DNA of 64,000 bases from an uncultured Christensenellaceae bacterium (GCA_944376795.1 CALWDW010000006.1:2632-66631), one strand, 5' to 3'. Shown: positions 9,776 to 19,947, counted from the stretch's first letter. Translations and numbers: made by a program. The notes: generated by a model from the sequence alone, not told the origin.

Positions 9776-10591
9776 ATGAAGAAAGATATGAAATACGTCT
9801 TGGGATGCATCCGGCGGGCAGACGAAGATTTCCGGCTTATCGAGCCAGGCGACCGGATCCTGATCGGTGTCTCCGGCGGGAAAGACAGTCTGCTCCTCCT
9901 GCGGGCCATGCAGCTCTACCGCATGTTTACCCACCAACGCTTCGAAATGGTGGCCGCCACCCTGGAAATGGGCCTGGAGCCCAGTCTGGATACCCGGGGC
10001 ATCCAAAGCCTCTGTGACCAGATCGGCGTCTCGTACCTGGTGCGCCCCACAAATATTGGCCCCTTGCTCTTTCAGGAACGAAAAGAAAAAAATCCTTGCT
10101 CCCTGTGCGCCAAGATGCGGCGCGGCATGCTCACCAGCCTGGCTAAGGAGCTAGGCTGCAACAAAGTCGCCCTGGGCCACCATCGGGAAGACGCACTGGA
10201 GACCCTCTTCCTCAGCCTTCTCTATGAGGGGCGGCTGCACACATTCTCCCCCCTCACCTACCTGGATCGCAGCGATATTACGCAGATCCGGCCCATGGTC
10301 TATGTCCCGGAAAAGCGCATTATCTCCTTGGCGGCACAGCTCATGCTTCCCGTCACCAAGTCACCATGCCCGGCGGCCGGCAACACCAAACGCCAGGAAA
10401 TGAAGGAGCTAATCGCCCATATGGAGTCCCTCCGGCCAGGCGCCACAGCGCAAATGCTCCGCGCCCTCCAGGATACCCAGGGCTATGGACTGTGGGACAA
10501 GGTCAAGCGCCGCCCCGTTACCGGGCGTCGTGGGGCAACTTTGGGAGAACCCATGGACGAAATCCCCCCCTGTGAATCCCCTAACGCCTAG
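9776..10591 (+). CDS. ttcA: PP-loop ATPase, tRNA 2-thiocytidine synthase TtcA-like
   Basis: SGGKDS PP-loop (GVSGGKDSLLL), the CSLCAKMRRG cysteine motif and LGHHREDALETLFL. Confidence 0.75.
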   Translation: MKKDMKYVLGCIRRADEDFRLIEPGDRILIGVSGGKDSLLLLRAMQLYRMFTHQRFEMVAATLEMGLEPSLDTRGIQSLCDQIGVSYLVRPTNIGPLLFQERKEKNPCSLCAKMRRGMLTSLAKELGCNKVALGHHREDALETLFLSLLYEGRLHTFSPLTYLDRSDITQIRPMVYVPEKRIISLAAQLMLPVTKSPCPAAGNTKRQEMKELIAHMESLRPGATAQMLRALQDTQGYGLWDKVKRRPVTGRRGATLGEPMDEIPPCESPNA

Positions 10592-10601
10592 CTTTGGGCA
10601 T

Positions 10602-10648
10602 AAAAAAAGGCTGCCGTACTCTCCGCGAAGGTGGACGGCAGCCTTTTC
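10602..10648. terminator. bidirectional terminator between the convergent ttcA-like and tatD genes
   Basis: Stem ggctgccgt / acggcagcc, flanked by an A-run on the left and a T-run on the right. Confidence 0.7.
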
Positions 10649-10676
10649 CTGTATCTGTATGTGCCATTCTGCAGCG

Positions 10677-11459
10677 TTATCCCTGCGCATCCTCACAGAA
10701 AAAGCGCTGGGCATTGTCCCATGTGCATTGGGCCATCTCCTCCAGGGAGACCTGCCGCACATCGGCCAGGCACTGGGCCACCAGGCCGACCCGCAGGGGG
10801 CTGTTTCTCTTTCCCCGGAAGGGCACCGGAGAAAGATAGGGAGAATCGGTCTCAATGAGCAGCCGGTCCGCCGGGACATAGGCCGCCACCTCCCGGAGAT
10901 TGTGGGCGTTCTTGAAGGTTACCGAGCCGGAAAAGGAAATCATCATGCCCATATCCAGGCAGCGCCGAGCCGACTCTACGCTGCCCGTCCAGCAATGCAT
11001 ATTGGCCCGGTGGGGACGTGTCTCCCTCACCACGTCAAAGAAATCCCCCCACGCATCCCGGACATGGAAAATCACCGGTTTGCCGCACTGGTTCGCCAGG
11101 CTGATCTGCCGGGCCATGGCCTCCCGCTGGAGTGGGCGAGGCGCGTGGTCATAATAGTAATCCAGGCCGATCTCTCCCAGTGCCACGACACCGGGCTGCT
11201 CCAGTGCCTGGGCCAGTTCACGAAGTGCCGCATCATCCAAGGATGCGGCCTCATGGGGATGCACGCCCACCGCCGCAACCAGTTCCAATCCCGGGACATC
11301 CCGCAGGCGAAGCTCCAGCACCCGACGGGAACTCTCCATATCCGCTCCGCACAGCAGGACCTTGTGGACGTTCTGCCGGGGCATCTCGGCAAGCAACGCC
11401 TCCCGCTCTTCGTCAAAGACGGGATCATCCAAATGGGCGTGGGTATCAAAGAGCCGCAT
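10677..11459 (-). CDS. tatD: TatD family metal-dependent hydrolase (DNase)
   Basis: MRLFDTHAHLDD N-terminus with conserved His/Asp ladder. It lies immediately downstream of metG, and its start overlaps the metG stop (TGATG). This is the conserved metG-tatD/yabD arrangement. Confidence 0.88.
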   Translation of the reverse strand: MRLFDTHAHLDDPVFDEEREALLAEMPRQNVHKVLLCGADMESSRRVLELRLRDVPGLELVAAVGVHPHEAASLDDAALRELAQALEQPGVVALGEIGLDYYYDHAPRPLQREAMARQISLANQCGKPVIFHVRDAWGDFFDVVRETRPHRANMHCWTGSVESARRCLDMGMMISFSGSVTFKNAHNLREVAAYVPADRLLIETDSPYLSPVPFRGKRNSPLRVGLVAQCLADVRQVSLEEMAQCTWDNAQRFFCEDAQG

Positions 11460-13408
11460 CAGCTGATCTGCACCCCATCGGGGAGCCCTTCCTCGGCAGT
11501 CACCAGCCGGAGGTTATGCTCCGCGTCGGCGGCGCATAGGATCATGCCCTCGCTCATGATGCCCCGGAGCTTGGCGGGCTTGAGATTGTACACCAGCACC
11601 ACCATCTTTCCCACCATCTCCGCAGCCGTATAGGAGCCACGGATGCCGCTGACCACCGTGCGGGTCTCCTCTCCCACCTTCAAGGTCAGTTTGATGAGCT
11701 TGTCCGACTTTTTCACGTCCTCGGCCTCCAGCACCTTGGCCAGGCGGAGATCCAGTTTGGCAAAGTCATCATAGGTGATCTCCGGCTTGGCAGGGACGGC
11801 TTCGTCCGCAGGCGCCTGGGCTTCCGCCGAGGTCTCGGGAACCGGCCCGGTCATGGCCGCCAGTTCTTCGGCCAGATCCAGCCGCGGGAACAGGGCGGCA
11901 GAGGGGATGATCTTGACGCCTGCTTCCAGGGCGCCAAAGCGCAGCACGCTTTCCCAGGTGCGCTGCGCCTCCCCTGCCTGGAGCTGATCAAAGATCTTGC
12001 CGGGAGTCGTGGTCATAAAGGGCTGCAGCAGCACAGCGCAGATACGGATCGCCTCGGCCAGATGGTACATCACCGTGCCCAGCCGGTCCCGCTTTGCCGG
12101 ATCCTTAGCCAGCACCCAGGGCGCCGTCAGATCAATGTAGCGGTTGCATTCGGAGACAAAGGCCCACAGGCTGGTCAACGCATTGGAGAAATGCATCGCG
12201 TCCATATCCGCGGCATATTTCTCCGGCAGCTGGGCGGCCATGGAGAGCAGGGCATCATCCACAGGCTCCACCGCCGCAGCAGCAGGAAGGACCCCATCGA
12301 AATATTTGGCAATCATGGCCATGGTGCGGTGAACAAGATTTCCCAGATCGTTGGCCAGATCTGCATTGATCCGGTTGACCAGCGCCTCGTTAGAGAAGAC
12401 ACCGTCCGCGCCAAAGGGCATCTCCCGAAGCAGATAATAGCGGATGGCGTCCACACCATACCGGTCACACAGGCGGACCGGATCCACACAGTTGGAGCGG
12501 GACTTGCTGATCTTGTCTCCCGCCACGCCCAGAAGCCAGCCGTGGCCAAAGATCTGCTTCGGCAGGGGAAGCCCCAAAATGTGCAGAATAATCGGCCAGA
12601 TGATGGAGTGGAAGCGGACGATCTCTTTGCCCACCAGGTGGATATCCGCCGGCCAATACTTCTGATAGAGGGAATCGTCTTCACTGCCCCATCCCAGGGC
12701 GGTAATGTAGTTGGTCAGGGCGTCCACCCAAACGTATACCACATGCCCGGGATCAAAGTCCACAGGAATCCCCCAAGAGAAGGACGTGCGCGATACGCAC
12801 AGATCCTCCAATCCCGGCTTGATGAAGTTATTGATCATCTCGTTGGCACGGCTGACCGGCTGGATGAAGTCGGGGTGGGTCTGAATATAGTCCAAGAGCC
12901 AGTCCTGGTATTTGCTGAGACGGAGGAAGTAGGCCTCTTCCCGGGTGCGCTCGACCGGGCGCCCGCAGTCAGGGCACATTCCATCCTTGAGCTGGGTCTC
13001 GGTGAAAAAGCTTTCGCAGGGGGTGCAGTACCAGCCCTCATAGTATCCCTTATAAATATCTCCCTGATCATAGAGCTGCTTAAAGATCTTCTGCACCACC
13101 CGGGTATGCCGCGGCTCCGAGGTGCGGATAAAGTCATCGTTGCTGATATCCATCAGCTTCCACAGCTTCTGAATCCCATCCACGATATTGTCCACGAAGG
13201 CCTGGGGAGTAACCCCTGCCTCCTCGGCACGGCGCTGGATCTTCTGCCCATGCTCATCGGTACCCGTCAGGAAGTATACGTCATATCCCCGCAGCCGCTT
13301 GTACCGCGCCATGGCATCGGCAGCCACCGTGCAGTAGGCGTTCCCGATATGCAGATTGCTGCTGGGATAATAGATAGGGGTTGTGATATAAAAAGTGGGC
13401 TTATCCAT
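11459..13408 (-). CDS. metG: methionine--tRNA ligase (with C-terminal tRNA-binding domain)
   Basis: MDKPTFYITTPIYYPSSNLHIGNAY (HIGH-type motif), KISKSRSN (KMSKS-type motif) and a C-terminal EMAP/Trbp111-like domain. The start is chosen at ATG 13408, 9 nt after GGAGGA. Confidence 0.95.
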   Translation of the reverse strand: MDKPTFYITTPIYYPSSNLHIGNAYCTVAADAMARYKRLRGYDVYFLTGTDEHGQKIQRRAEEAGVTPQAFVDNIVDGIQKLWKLMDISNDDFIRTSEPRHTRVVQKIFKQLYDQGDIYKGYYEGWYCTPCESFFTETQLKDGMCPDCGRPVERTREEAYFLRLSKYQDWLLDYIQTHPDFIQPVSRANEMINNFIKPGLEDLCVSRTSFSWGIPVDFDPGHVVYVWVDALTNYITALGWGSEDDSLYQKYWPADIHLVGKEIVRFHSIIWPIILHILGLPLPKQIFGHGWLLGVAGDKISKSRSNCVDPVRLCDRYGVDAIRYYLLREMPFGADGVFSNEALVNRINADLANDLGNLVHRTMAMIAKYFDGVLPAAAAVEPVDDALLSMAAQLPEKYAADMDAMHFSNALTSLWAFVSECNRYIDLTAPWVLAKDPAKRDRLGTVMYHLAEAIRICAVLLQPFMTTTPGKIFDQLQAGEAQRTWESVLRFGALEAGVKIIPSAALFPRLDLAEELAAMTGPVPETSAEAQAPADEAVPAKPEITYDDFAKLDLRLAKVLEAEDVKKSDKLIKLTLKVGEETRTVVSGIRGSYTAAEMVGKMVVLVYNLKPAKLRGIMSEGMILCAADAEHNLRLVTAEEGLPDGVQIS

Positions 13409-13503
13409 GGTATGCATTCCTCCATACGGGCGGTGCAGCCGCCGCGGTTCTTTTGTTAATTTCCCCTCATTTGCCTGAAAAATACAGCCAATCACATCTT
13501 TGT

Positions 13504-13532
13504 ATTATAAAATGGCCACCCAAGGCTGTCAA
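13504..13532 (-). promoter_or_regulatory. sigma-70-type promoter for metG
   Basis: On the minus strand this reads TTGACA (13532-13527), a 17-nt spacer, then TATAAT (13509-13504). Both hexamers are consensus. The element overlaps the 3' end of the upstream comB-like gene. Confidence 0.75.
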
Positions 13533-14242
13533 GGATTTCCAGGCAATTTCACGGCGCCGTCACGGTACTCCGGGACAGTGTCCGTCACGCTGGGCTCCAT
13601 GCAAAATTGGACGTCATCCTCCATACCCAGCGCGATAAGCCGCTGGGTATGCCGGGTATGCCTGAGCAAGGGGATCGGATCCGTTTTGTGCTGTTCCCAG
13701 AGGATCCGCGCCGTCTGCCCCAGATCATCCGCCTCGGCCCCCATGGCCGCCAAAATAGCGCCGGCCGCCAGCACATCTTCCATGGAATAGCGTCCCGCCG
13801 TTCCTGCGCAGAGAAGGGTGACGGGCAGACCCGCCTCCAGCGCCCTCTGCGCCGTCGCCTGCGCATTGCGCATGCAGCCAATTAAAATGCGCGCCGCCCC
13901 AGAGGCTGCCAATATGGCCCGGGTACCATTGGTGGTGGTCATAACCAGCGTGCGCCCGCGCACCGCCTCTTCCGTAAACTCCAGCGGGCTGTTTCCCGCG
14001 TCAAATCCCGAGATACGCACAGCGCCCCGCTCACCGCAGAGAAGAACGGGTTCTTCAGCGGCCGCCCGCAGGGCCAGAGCTTCCTCTACCTCGGCCACTG
14101 GCAGAATTCTCTGCGCACCGTGCGCCAGGGCCGTTGTCATGCATGTCGTAGCCCGCAGGACATCCAACACCACGCAGCAGCGTCCCGCCATGGAATAGTC
14201 AACAGGGATCGCACCCGGGAACGCAAAGGTATCTACCACCAT
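13529..14242 (-). CDS. 2-phosphosulfolactate phosphatase (ComB) family protein
   Basis: VVLDVLRATT, GERGG-like CGERGAVRISGFDAGNSPLEF and TTTNGT motifs are characteristic of the ComB family. Confidence 0.78.
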   Translation of the reverse strand: MVVDTFAFPGAIPVDYSMAGRCCVVLDVLRATTCMTTALAHGAQRILPVAEVEEALALRAAAEEPVLLCGERGAVRISGFDAGNSPLEFTEEAVRGRTLVMTTTNGTRAILAASGAARILIGCMRNAQATAQRALEAGLPVTLLCAGTAGRYSMEDVLAAGAILAAMGAEADDLGQTARILWEQHKTDPIPLLRHTRHTQRLIALGMEDDVQFCMEPSVTDTVPEYRDGAVKLPGNP

Positions 14243-14318
14243 ATTTCATCACCTCTATGGCATGATACCATACCCAGCTCCGGATTTCCACCCGCCGCCA
14301 GGGAAAATGCTTCTATCC

Positions 14319-14840
14319 CTACCCCGGCAGGAGAAGGCGTACCATCCAACCCGCCGCCAGCATACACACCAGCTGCGAAAGCAGCGCCACCGGAATCATG
14401 TATCGCGTCCTGCGGATGCCCACCGTACCGCAATACAGCGCCACGGTATAAAAAATGGTCTCGCTGGAGCCCAAAATAGCGCTGGCTACCAGCCCCGCCC
14501 GGCTGTCCGGGCCATAACTTTCAAAGATTTCAGCCAGCATGCCGGTGGACGCGGAGCCGGAGAAGGGACGCACCACGGCCAGCGGCGCAATCTCCGCAGG
14601 AAGCCCCATGGCCTCCAGTGCCGGCGCCAACAGCCGCTGGAGAATGTCCAGCAAGCCGGAAGCTTTCATAAGCTCTACCATCAGCATGACAGCCATAAGG
14701 CTGGGGAGAATCTTCCAAACCAGCTTTAGGCCCTCTGCTGCGCCGGCTACGAAGGTATCATACACAGGGATTTTTTTACCCGCACCTATGGCCAGCACCA
14801 CCAGGAGAAAGCCGGGAATGATCCAATCGACAGCCGTCAT
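14319..14840 (-). CDS. spmB: spore maturation protein B (nucleoside-recognition domain membrane protein)
   Basis: Starts MTAVDWIIPGFLL. It overlaps the spmA stop by 4 nt (ATGA). The protein is hydrophobic and of SpmB type. Confidence 0.75.
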   Translation of the reverse strand: MTAVDWIIPGFLLVVLAIGAGKKIPVYDTFVAGAAEGLKLVWKILPSLMAVMLMVELMKASGLLDILQRLLAPALEAMGLPAEIAPLAVVRPFSGSASTGMLAEIFESYGPDSRAGLVASAILGSSETIFYTVALYCGTVGIRRTRYMIPVALLSQLVCMLAAGWMVRLLLPG

Positions 14841-15415
14841 GGTGCTCTCCACAGCCGCCGGAATCCCAGGGCCAGCAAGATTCCCGCCAGTGTAGAGCAT
14901 GTCGTAGCTACCAAGGTGGGGAGAAGGATGGCCGCTGGCTGGGCGCTTCCCGCAGCCTGCCGGAGAGAGAGCACGGTAGTCGGCAGCAATTCCAGCGAGG
15001 ATGTATTGATAATCAAGAACATACACATGGCATCGGTTGCCGCATCCCCAGGGGCTTCCTCCCGCAGCAAGCGCATGGCGGTAAGTCCCGCCGGTGTGGC
15101 AGCATTGCCCATTCCTAGCATATTGGCGGCAAAATTGGTAGCGATGGTTTCGCCCAAAGGTCCTTTCGTCCTGCAACCCGGAAAAAGCTTCCGTATGACC
15201 GGTTGCATGAAGTCTGCCGCCTTCCTAAGGATGCCGGCCTCCCGCGCAACCGCCAGCAGCCCCATCCACACGCCATAGGCCGCCGCCAGCTGTACGGCAA
15301 GACGTATGGCGCTTCCGGTTCCCTCCAGCATGGCAGGAAGCACACTCCCGGCCCGTCCGGTACATAGCCCAAAGAGAACCGCCCCGCCAACCATAATGAG
15401 CCAGAATCGATCCAT
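14837..15415 (-). CDS. spmA: spore maturation protein A (nucleoside-recognition domain membrane protein)
   Basis: Start is placed at MDRFWLIMVGGAVLFG (ATG 15415, GGGAGGGG upstream). It forms a pair with spmB. Confidence 0.75.
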   Translation of the reverse strand: MDRFWLIMVGGAVLFGLCTGRAGSVLPAMLEGTGSAIRLAVQLAAAYGVWMGLLAVAREAGILRKAADFMQPVIRKLFPGCRTKGPLGETIATNFAANMLGMGNAATPAGLTAMRLLREEAPGDAATDAMCMFLIINTSSLELLPTTVLSLRQAAGSAQPAAILLPTLVATTCSTLAGILLALGFRRLWRAP

Positions 15416-15576
15416 ACCACCCCTCCCTTCCTGCTTGTACACTATGCCGCAAAGCCATGGGATATACGCATTTTCCCAGAGAGAAACGCGGTTTGCGTCA
15501 TAGCCCTTGCTTTTCCCGCAAAATCGTTGTACGGTAATAATAACCAGGATTCTAGAATTGGAAAGGATGACCATCC

Positions 15577-17076
15577 ATGTCCGAAGCCACCACCAAAAAG
15601 CCCAATATTGTATTCATTACCGTGGATCAAATGCGGGGAGACTGTCTGGGCATCGCAGGAGGAGAGCATGCGGCTGAAACCCCTTTTTTGGACAACATGG
15701 CCGCCCGCGGCATACTCTTTGAGCGGGCCTATTCCTGTGTGCCTAGCTGCATCGCCGCCCGCGCCTCCATTTTCACGGGGCTGTCCGCCGACCATCATGG
15801 CCGGACAGGGTACCAGGACCGTGTGCCTTGGCGCTACGACGTGACGCTGCCCGGCGAGTTTACCAAGGCCGGCTACCAAACCCAGGCGGTTGGAAAGCTC
15901 CATGTATGGCCCGACCGGCACCTTATGGGCTTTCAAAACGTAATTCTCCATGACGGCTACCTGCATACCAATCGTTTCCGGGAAACCACAACCCACAATG
16001 ACAGTTGGTTTGAAACGGACGACTACATTCAGTTCCTACGCAGGGAGGCTGGACATACGGCCGACCTCCAGGACCACGGCGTGGACTGCAACGGCTGGAC
16101 GGTCCACCCTTGGACCCTTCCCGAGCGGCTGCATCCTACCAACTGGGTCGTCAGCGAATCCATTGATTTCCTGCGGCGCCGGGATCCGCAGCGTCCCTTC
16201 TTCCTGTGGATGTCCTTCGTCCGGCCCCACTCTCCCCTGGATCCCCCCCAGTATTACCTGGATATGTACATGGATAAGGTGCAGGATATCCCCGATCTGG
16301 ACGACTGGCAGGATGACCTGGAGGGAGCCAATGCGCCCAGCTATGACCCCACCTGCTCCCGCGGCCGCATCCATAAGGACGCCCTGCGCCGCGCCCGGGC
16401 AGCCTACCTGGGTCTCATTACCCACATTGACCACCAAATCGGGCGGTTCCTGCAGATTCTGGCCGAATACGGGCAGATGCAAAACACCATCTTCCTGTTT
16501 ACCTCCGACCACGGCGATATGCTGGGGGATCACCATCTATTCCGGAAGAGCGTTCCCTACGAGGAGAGCACCCACATTCCCATGCTCCTCTATGATCCCG
16601 GAAACTGCCTGGGAATTGCCCACGGCCAGCGCTGCGGCGAGCTGGTAGAGCTCCGGGACATCCTCCCCACGCTGCTTGACTGCGCAAAGCTGCCCATTCC
16701 CGAAAATCTGGACGGCCGCAGCATGCTGCCCCTCATCACCGATGCCACAGCGGCGCGGTATCCCTATCTCCACGGAGAGCACAGCGGGGACCCGGTGATT
16801 GCCAACCACTTCATTGTCACCAAAACCGACAAGTACATCTGGTACACCCAAAGCGGCATAGAGCAGTATTTCCAGCTGGCCGAAGACCCAGGAGAGCATC
16901 ACAACCGCATCCATGATCCTGCCTGCCAGGAGCGCATCTCCCAGCTGCGCGCTGCCCTTATCCGGGAACTCTCCGGGCGGGAAGAGGGCTTCGTGCAGGA
17001 TGGCCGGCTGATCCCGGGGCGTCCCTATCCTACGGTTCGCAGCTTTGTAGATACCTCGCCTTACACCAAAGCCTAG
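15577..17076 (+). CDS. sulfatase (arylsulfatase family, Cys-type)
   Basis: KPNIVFITVDQMRGD N-terminus. The signature is read as C-I-A-A-R-A-S-I-F-T-G (C-x-A-x-R-x4-TG) within SCVPSCIAARASIFTG. A later TSDHGD motif is also present. Confidence 0.85.
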   Translation: MSEATTKKPNIVFITVDQMRGDCLGIAGGEHAAETPFLDNMAARGILFERAYSCVPSCIAARASIFTGLSADHHGRTGYQDRVPWRYDVTLPGEFTKAGYQTQAVGKLHVWPDRHLMGFQNVILHDGYLHTNRFRETTTHNDSWFETDDYIQFLRREAGHTADLQDHGVDCNGWTVHPWTLPERLHPTNWVVSESIDFLRRRDPQRPFFLWMSFVRPHSPLDPPQYYLDMYMDKVQDIPDLDDWQDDLEGANAPSYDPTCSRGRIHKDALRRARAAYLGLITHIDHQIGRFLQILAEYGQMQNTIFLFTSDHGDMLGDHHLFRKSVPYEESTHIPMLLYDPGNCLGIAHGQRCGELVELRDILPTLLDCAKLPIPENLDGRSMLPLITDATAARYPYLHGEHSGDPVIANHFIVTKTDKYIWYTQSGIEQYFQLAEDPGEHHNRIHDPACQERISQLRAALIRELSGREEGFVQDGRLIPGRPYPTVRSFVDTSPYTKA

Positions 17077-17120
17077 CGCTCCGCTGCATCGGAACCCATA
17101 TTCTATATTCTATAAGCAAA

Positions 17121-17163
17121 AGAGGCATCCGCACGGAGCACAGCTCCGCGGATGCCTCTTTTG
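17121..17163. terminator. bidirectional terminator between the sulfatase and the convergent amidotransferase gene
   Basis: 12-bp stem agaggcatccgc / gcggatgcctct, with aaaa on the left and tttt on the right. Confidence 0.75.
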
Positions 17164-17271
17164 GAATCCGGGGAAAAGTTCGGTGTTCAGCAGGCGTTTC
17201 CCCACGCCGCAAAGTGCGCCATCTTCCCCCAATTGCCGGCAAGCCCATCCCGTGCAGCTTTCGCTGCAGCC

Positions 17272-17961
17272 TTAGCCCTTCAAACAGGCTTCCGAAAGCA
17301 TGGTAAACAACCCGCGCATCCCCGCTTGATCGGTCAGCCGCTCTGGATGCCACTGCACACCCCAAACCGGACTTCCGTCTGCTGCCTCCACCGCCTCAAC
17401 AAGGCGCCCCTGTGCCCCCAACGCACAGGCTCGCAGCCCAGGGGCCGGCACACCAACCGCCTGATGGTGCGTAGAATTGACCAAAAACTGCGTCGGAAAG
17501 AGCGTTGACAGAAAACTCTCCTCTGTCAAACACACTTCATGCCGCCACGCAGGATCACTGGGATGCTCAATCCCTAGCGCCCGGGAAATATCCTGGATCA
17601 GCTCCCCGCCCATGGCGCACTGGATCACCTGCATCCCCCGGCATATGCCCAAGACCGGCTTTCCACGGCGGCGCATGGCGGCAAAGACTGCCAGTTCAAA
17701 GGCGTCCCGTTGCGGATCCGGCGGTTCACTGCCTGCATTGGCGCGTCCATAAAGCCGAGGATCCAGATCCCCGCCTCCTGACAGCAGAAGGCCGTCCATT
17801 ATCTCCGCCAGCGTCTCCGCGTCCTCGGACGCCGCTTGCAAAAAAATGGGCAGGCCGCCACCCAACCGCACAGCATCCCCATAGGTAGAAGGAATCCAAA
17901 GTTCCTCCCGTCCCTGGTCCCCATTGCGGCGGTTGCCGGTGATTCCAATAACCGGGCGCAT
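17272..17961 (-). CDS. gamma-glutamyl-gamma-aminobutyrate hydrolase family protein (peptidase C26, class I glutamine amidotransferase)
   Basis: Start at MRPVIGITGN. The nucleophile context is LGICRGMQV and the C-terminal catalytic region is GVQWHPE. The start is tightly packed against the ridA stop. Confidence 0.8.
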   Translation of the reverse strand: MRPVIGITGNRRNGDQGREELWIPSTYGDAVRLGGGLPIFLQAASEDAETLAEIMDGLLLSGGGDLDPRLYGRANAGSEPPDPQRDAFELAVFAAMRRRGKPVLGICRGMQVIQCAMGGELIQDISRALGIEHPSDPAWRHEVCLTEESFLSTLFPTQFLVNSTHHQAVGVPAPGLRACALGAQGRLVEAVEAADGSPVWGVQWHPERLTDQAGMRGLFTMLSEACLKG

Positions 17962-17962
17962 C

Positions 17963-18343
17963 CTACACCAGCGCAACCAGTTCGATCTCGATCCCCACGT
18001 CCTTGGGAAGACGGGCCACCTGCACCGCCGAACGCGCCGGGAACGCTCCGCTGAAATACTGCGCATACACTTCATTCACCGCGGCAAAGTCTCCCATATC
18101 GGCCAGGAATACCGTTGTCTTCACCACACGGTCAAAGCTCGTCCCCGCCTCCTGCAGCACGGCTGCCAGATTGCGAAAAACCTGATGGGCCTGGGCCTGA
18201 ATTCCGCCCTCTACCAAGGACCCCGTTGCGGGATCGATCGGAATCTGTCCGCTGGTGAACAAAAAGCCGCCCGCCACGATGGCCTGCGAATAGGGGCCGA
18301 TGGCGGCCGGCGCCTTTTCCGTGAAAACAACTTGCTTATTCAT
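17963..18343 (-). CDS. ridA: RidA family reactive-intermediate (enamine/imine) deaminase
   Basis: 126 aa, with [11 protein letters not shown]...FTSGQIP...TTVFL...[15 protein letters not shown], the classical YjgF/RidA pattern. Confidence 0.92.
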   Translation of the reverse strand: MNKQVVFTEKAPAAIGPYSQAIVAGGFLFTSGQIPIDPATGSLVEGGIQAQAHQVFRNLAAVLQEAGTSFDRVVKTTVFLADMGDFAAVNEVYAQYFSGAFPARSAVQVARLPKDVGIEIELVALV

Positions 18344-18421
18344 AAGTCTCCTCCTTATCCAATGGTGCTGTATTCTATGCAGCCGCTCGGTATTTCACAA
18401 CGCCAATGCGCCGGCAAGGGA

Positions 18422-18868
18422 TTACTCCTGCATTTTGGGAAGGATCTCCAGCAGGACCCCCAAGGCGTCGTAGAGCCGCACATTTTCTTCAGGGGTAATC
18501 TGCGTCATGCGCTCCTGGAAGATGCCCTCCAGTTCTTGGGCCTTGCCCCGAAGCTGCTTTCTGGCGAACTGGGTCAGGGCGATCTCCGACACCCGCCGGT
18601 CATCCTCCCGATTATGCCGCTCCACGAGCCCCGCCTGATACATTCGGTCAATCAGCATCGTAAGGTTAGGCTTGGATGAGTGAAGCTTCTTGGCCAGTTC
18701 GCTCATAATCATGGGCCCCTCTTCCAGCAGTATCATCATAACATTAAACTGCACCAAGGAGAAGACGTCCTTGCGCCCATGAAAAGTCTCTGAGGTAATG
18801 GTCTTCCGGATTATAGGCATTAATTGAATAATCCGTTCCGCCGTTTTCCGGCTCTGTTCATCCACCAT
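18422..18868 (-). CDS. MarR family transcriptional regulator
   Basis: 148 aa. A winged-HTH region is present (MSELAKKLHSSKPNLTMLIDRMYQAGLVERHNREDDRRV). A GGAGAGGAG RBS precedes the start. Confidence 0.85.
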   Translation of the reverse strand: MVDEQSRKTAERIIQLMPIIRKTITSETFHGRKDVFSLVQFNVMMILLEEGPMIMSELAKKLHSSKPNLTMLIDRMYQAGLVERHNREDDRRVSEIALTQFARKQLRGKAQELEGIFQERMTQITPEENVRLYDALGVLLEILPKMQE

Positions 18869-19041
18869 ACATATCTCCTCTCCACCTTAGCGGTGCCAAA
18901 GCTTCCACCGTTAATAATTACTGCCACTAATATTATAACAGCATGAAGCTTCAATGGCAAGGATGATACATTTGGACAAAACAGCCAAAAAAGGGACGAC
19001 GTGCGCCCCCTTTACGACCCGGTATCTCGCGGCAATATGCG

Positions 19042-19947
19042 CTAAACCTTTGGTGCCCGGCGGAAAGATACACATACCCGCGTACCCTCACCCGGCGCGG
19101 TCCACACTTCCATGCGGCCACCCATGTCCCGAACTAACCGGCGGCAATTATCCAAGCCCAGACCGGTTCCGGTAGCTTTGGTGGTGAAATACGGGCGAAA
19201 AGCACGACGGAGTGTTTTAGCATCCATCCCCATACCCGAATCGCTGATCCATATGGCAATGTACGCTTGGGATGGATCATCCCGAACACAAATCTCTACC
19301 CGACCGCCCTCCGGCATGGCATCCCTCGCATTGTAGATGATATTGATCAGAACGCCCATCATTCCATGAATATCCCCATATGCTACAGTGGTTTCCGAAA
19401 CCTCGCCCACCTTCAGACAGATGCATGCCGGTAGACTGTGAGCGACCGCCAAGGCCGTCCGCTCGACAAGTTCCCGTATCCATACAGGGCCCGGCACAGA
19501 ACGGGAGACATGTGTACCACCCAATACCTCCGCAGCCCTTTGCAGGCTGCGCTCGGCTGCCAATGCCAGCATGCCCGCAATAGGCCTGCCCTCTTCGTCA
19601 GTGTGTTCCTCAAGATACTTTGCCATAGCGGCCATCGCGCCTAAGTCATTCTTGATATCATGCACAATGCTGGCGGTCATTTGCCCAACATGTGCCAAGC
19701 TTTCCATCCTTCTGAATTTGCAATCCGTTTCCTGTTCATCACCGTCCCATTCCCTCTCTCCTAGCTGCTGGATATCTTCCCAGCTTAGCCGCAACATACC
19801 TTCTCCTCCATTGCGTGCCGCACTATCGTTTGCTGCAGCAACCATCGTCTTCTCCCTTTCCATGGCAGTTTTCTCAGCCTTTTCGCCAATTATGCAGAAT
19901 CCTTCCATTTCCGCGTACAGCTGAGCCATATAGACAATTCGTCCCAA
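19042..19947 (-). CDS. histidine kinase (HisKA H-box plus HATPase_c), no transmembrane segment, start uncertain
   Basis: H-box is SIVHDIKNDLGAM, N-box is IIYNARDAMPEGG, and the G-boxes are DSGMGMD and GTGLGLDNC. The ORF opens with TTG. The upstream 370 nt shows ORF fragments in other frames. No response regulator lies adjacent. Confidence 0.65.
   Translation of the reverse strand: MGRIVYMAQLYAEMEGFCIIGEKAEKTAMEREKTMVAAANDSAARNGGEGMLRLSWEDIQQLGEREWDGDEQETDCKFRRMESLAHVGQMTASIVHDIKNDLGAMAAMAKYLEEHTDEEGRPIAGMLALAAERSLQRAAEVLGGTHVSRSVPGPVWIRELVERTALAVAHSLPACICLKVGEVSETTVAYGDIHGMMGVLINIIYNARDAMPEGGRVEICVRDDPSQAYIAIWISDSGMGMDAKTLRRAFRPYFTTKATGTGLGLDNCRRLVRDMGGRMEVWTAPGEGTRVCVSFRRAPKV

Noticed and set aside
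13409-13528. A T-box leader upstream of metG.
   Set aside because: Only about 120 nt separate metG from the upstream gene, and a consensus promoter occupies part of that. This is too short for a specifier hairpin plus antiterminator, and no T-box sequence is visible.
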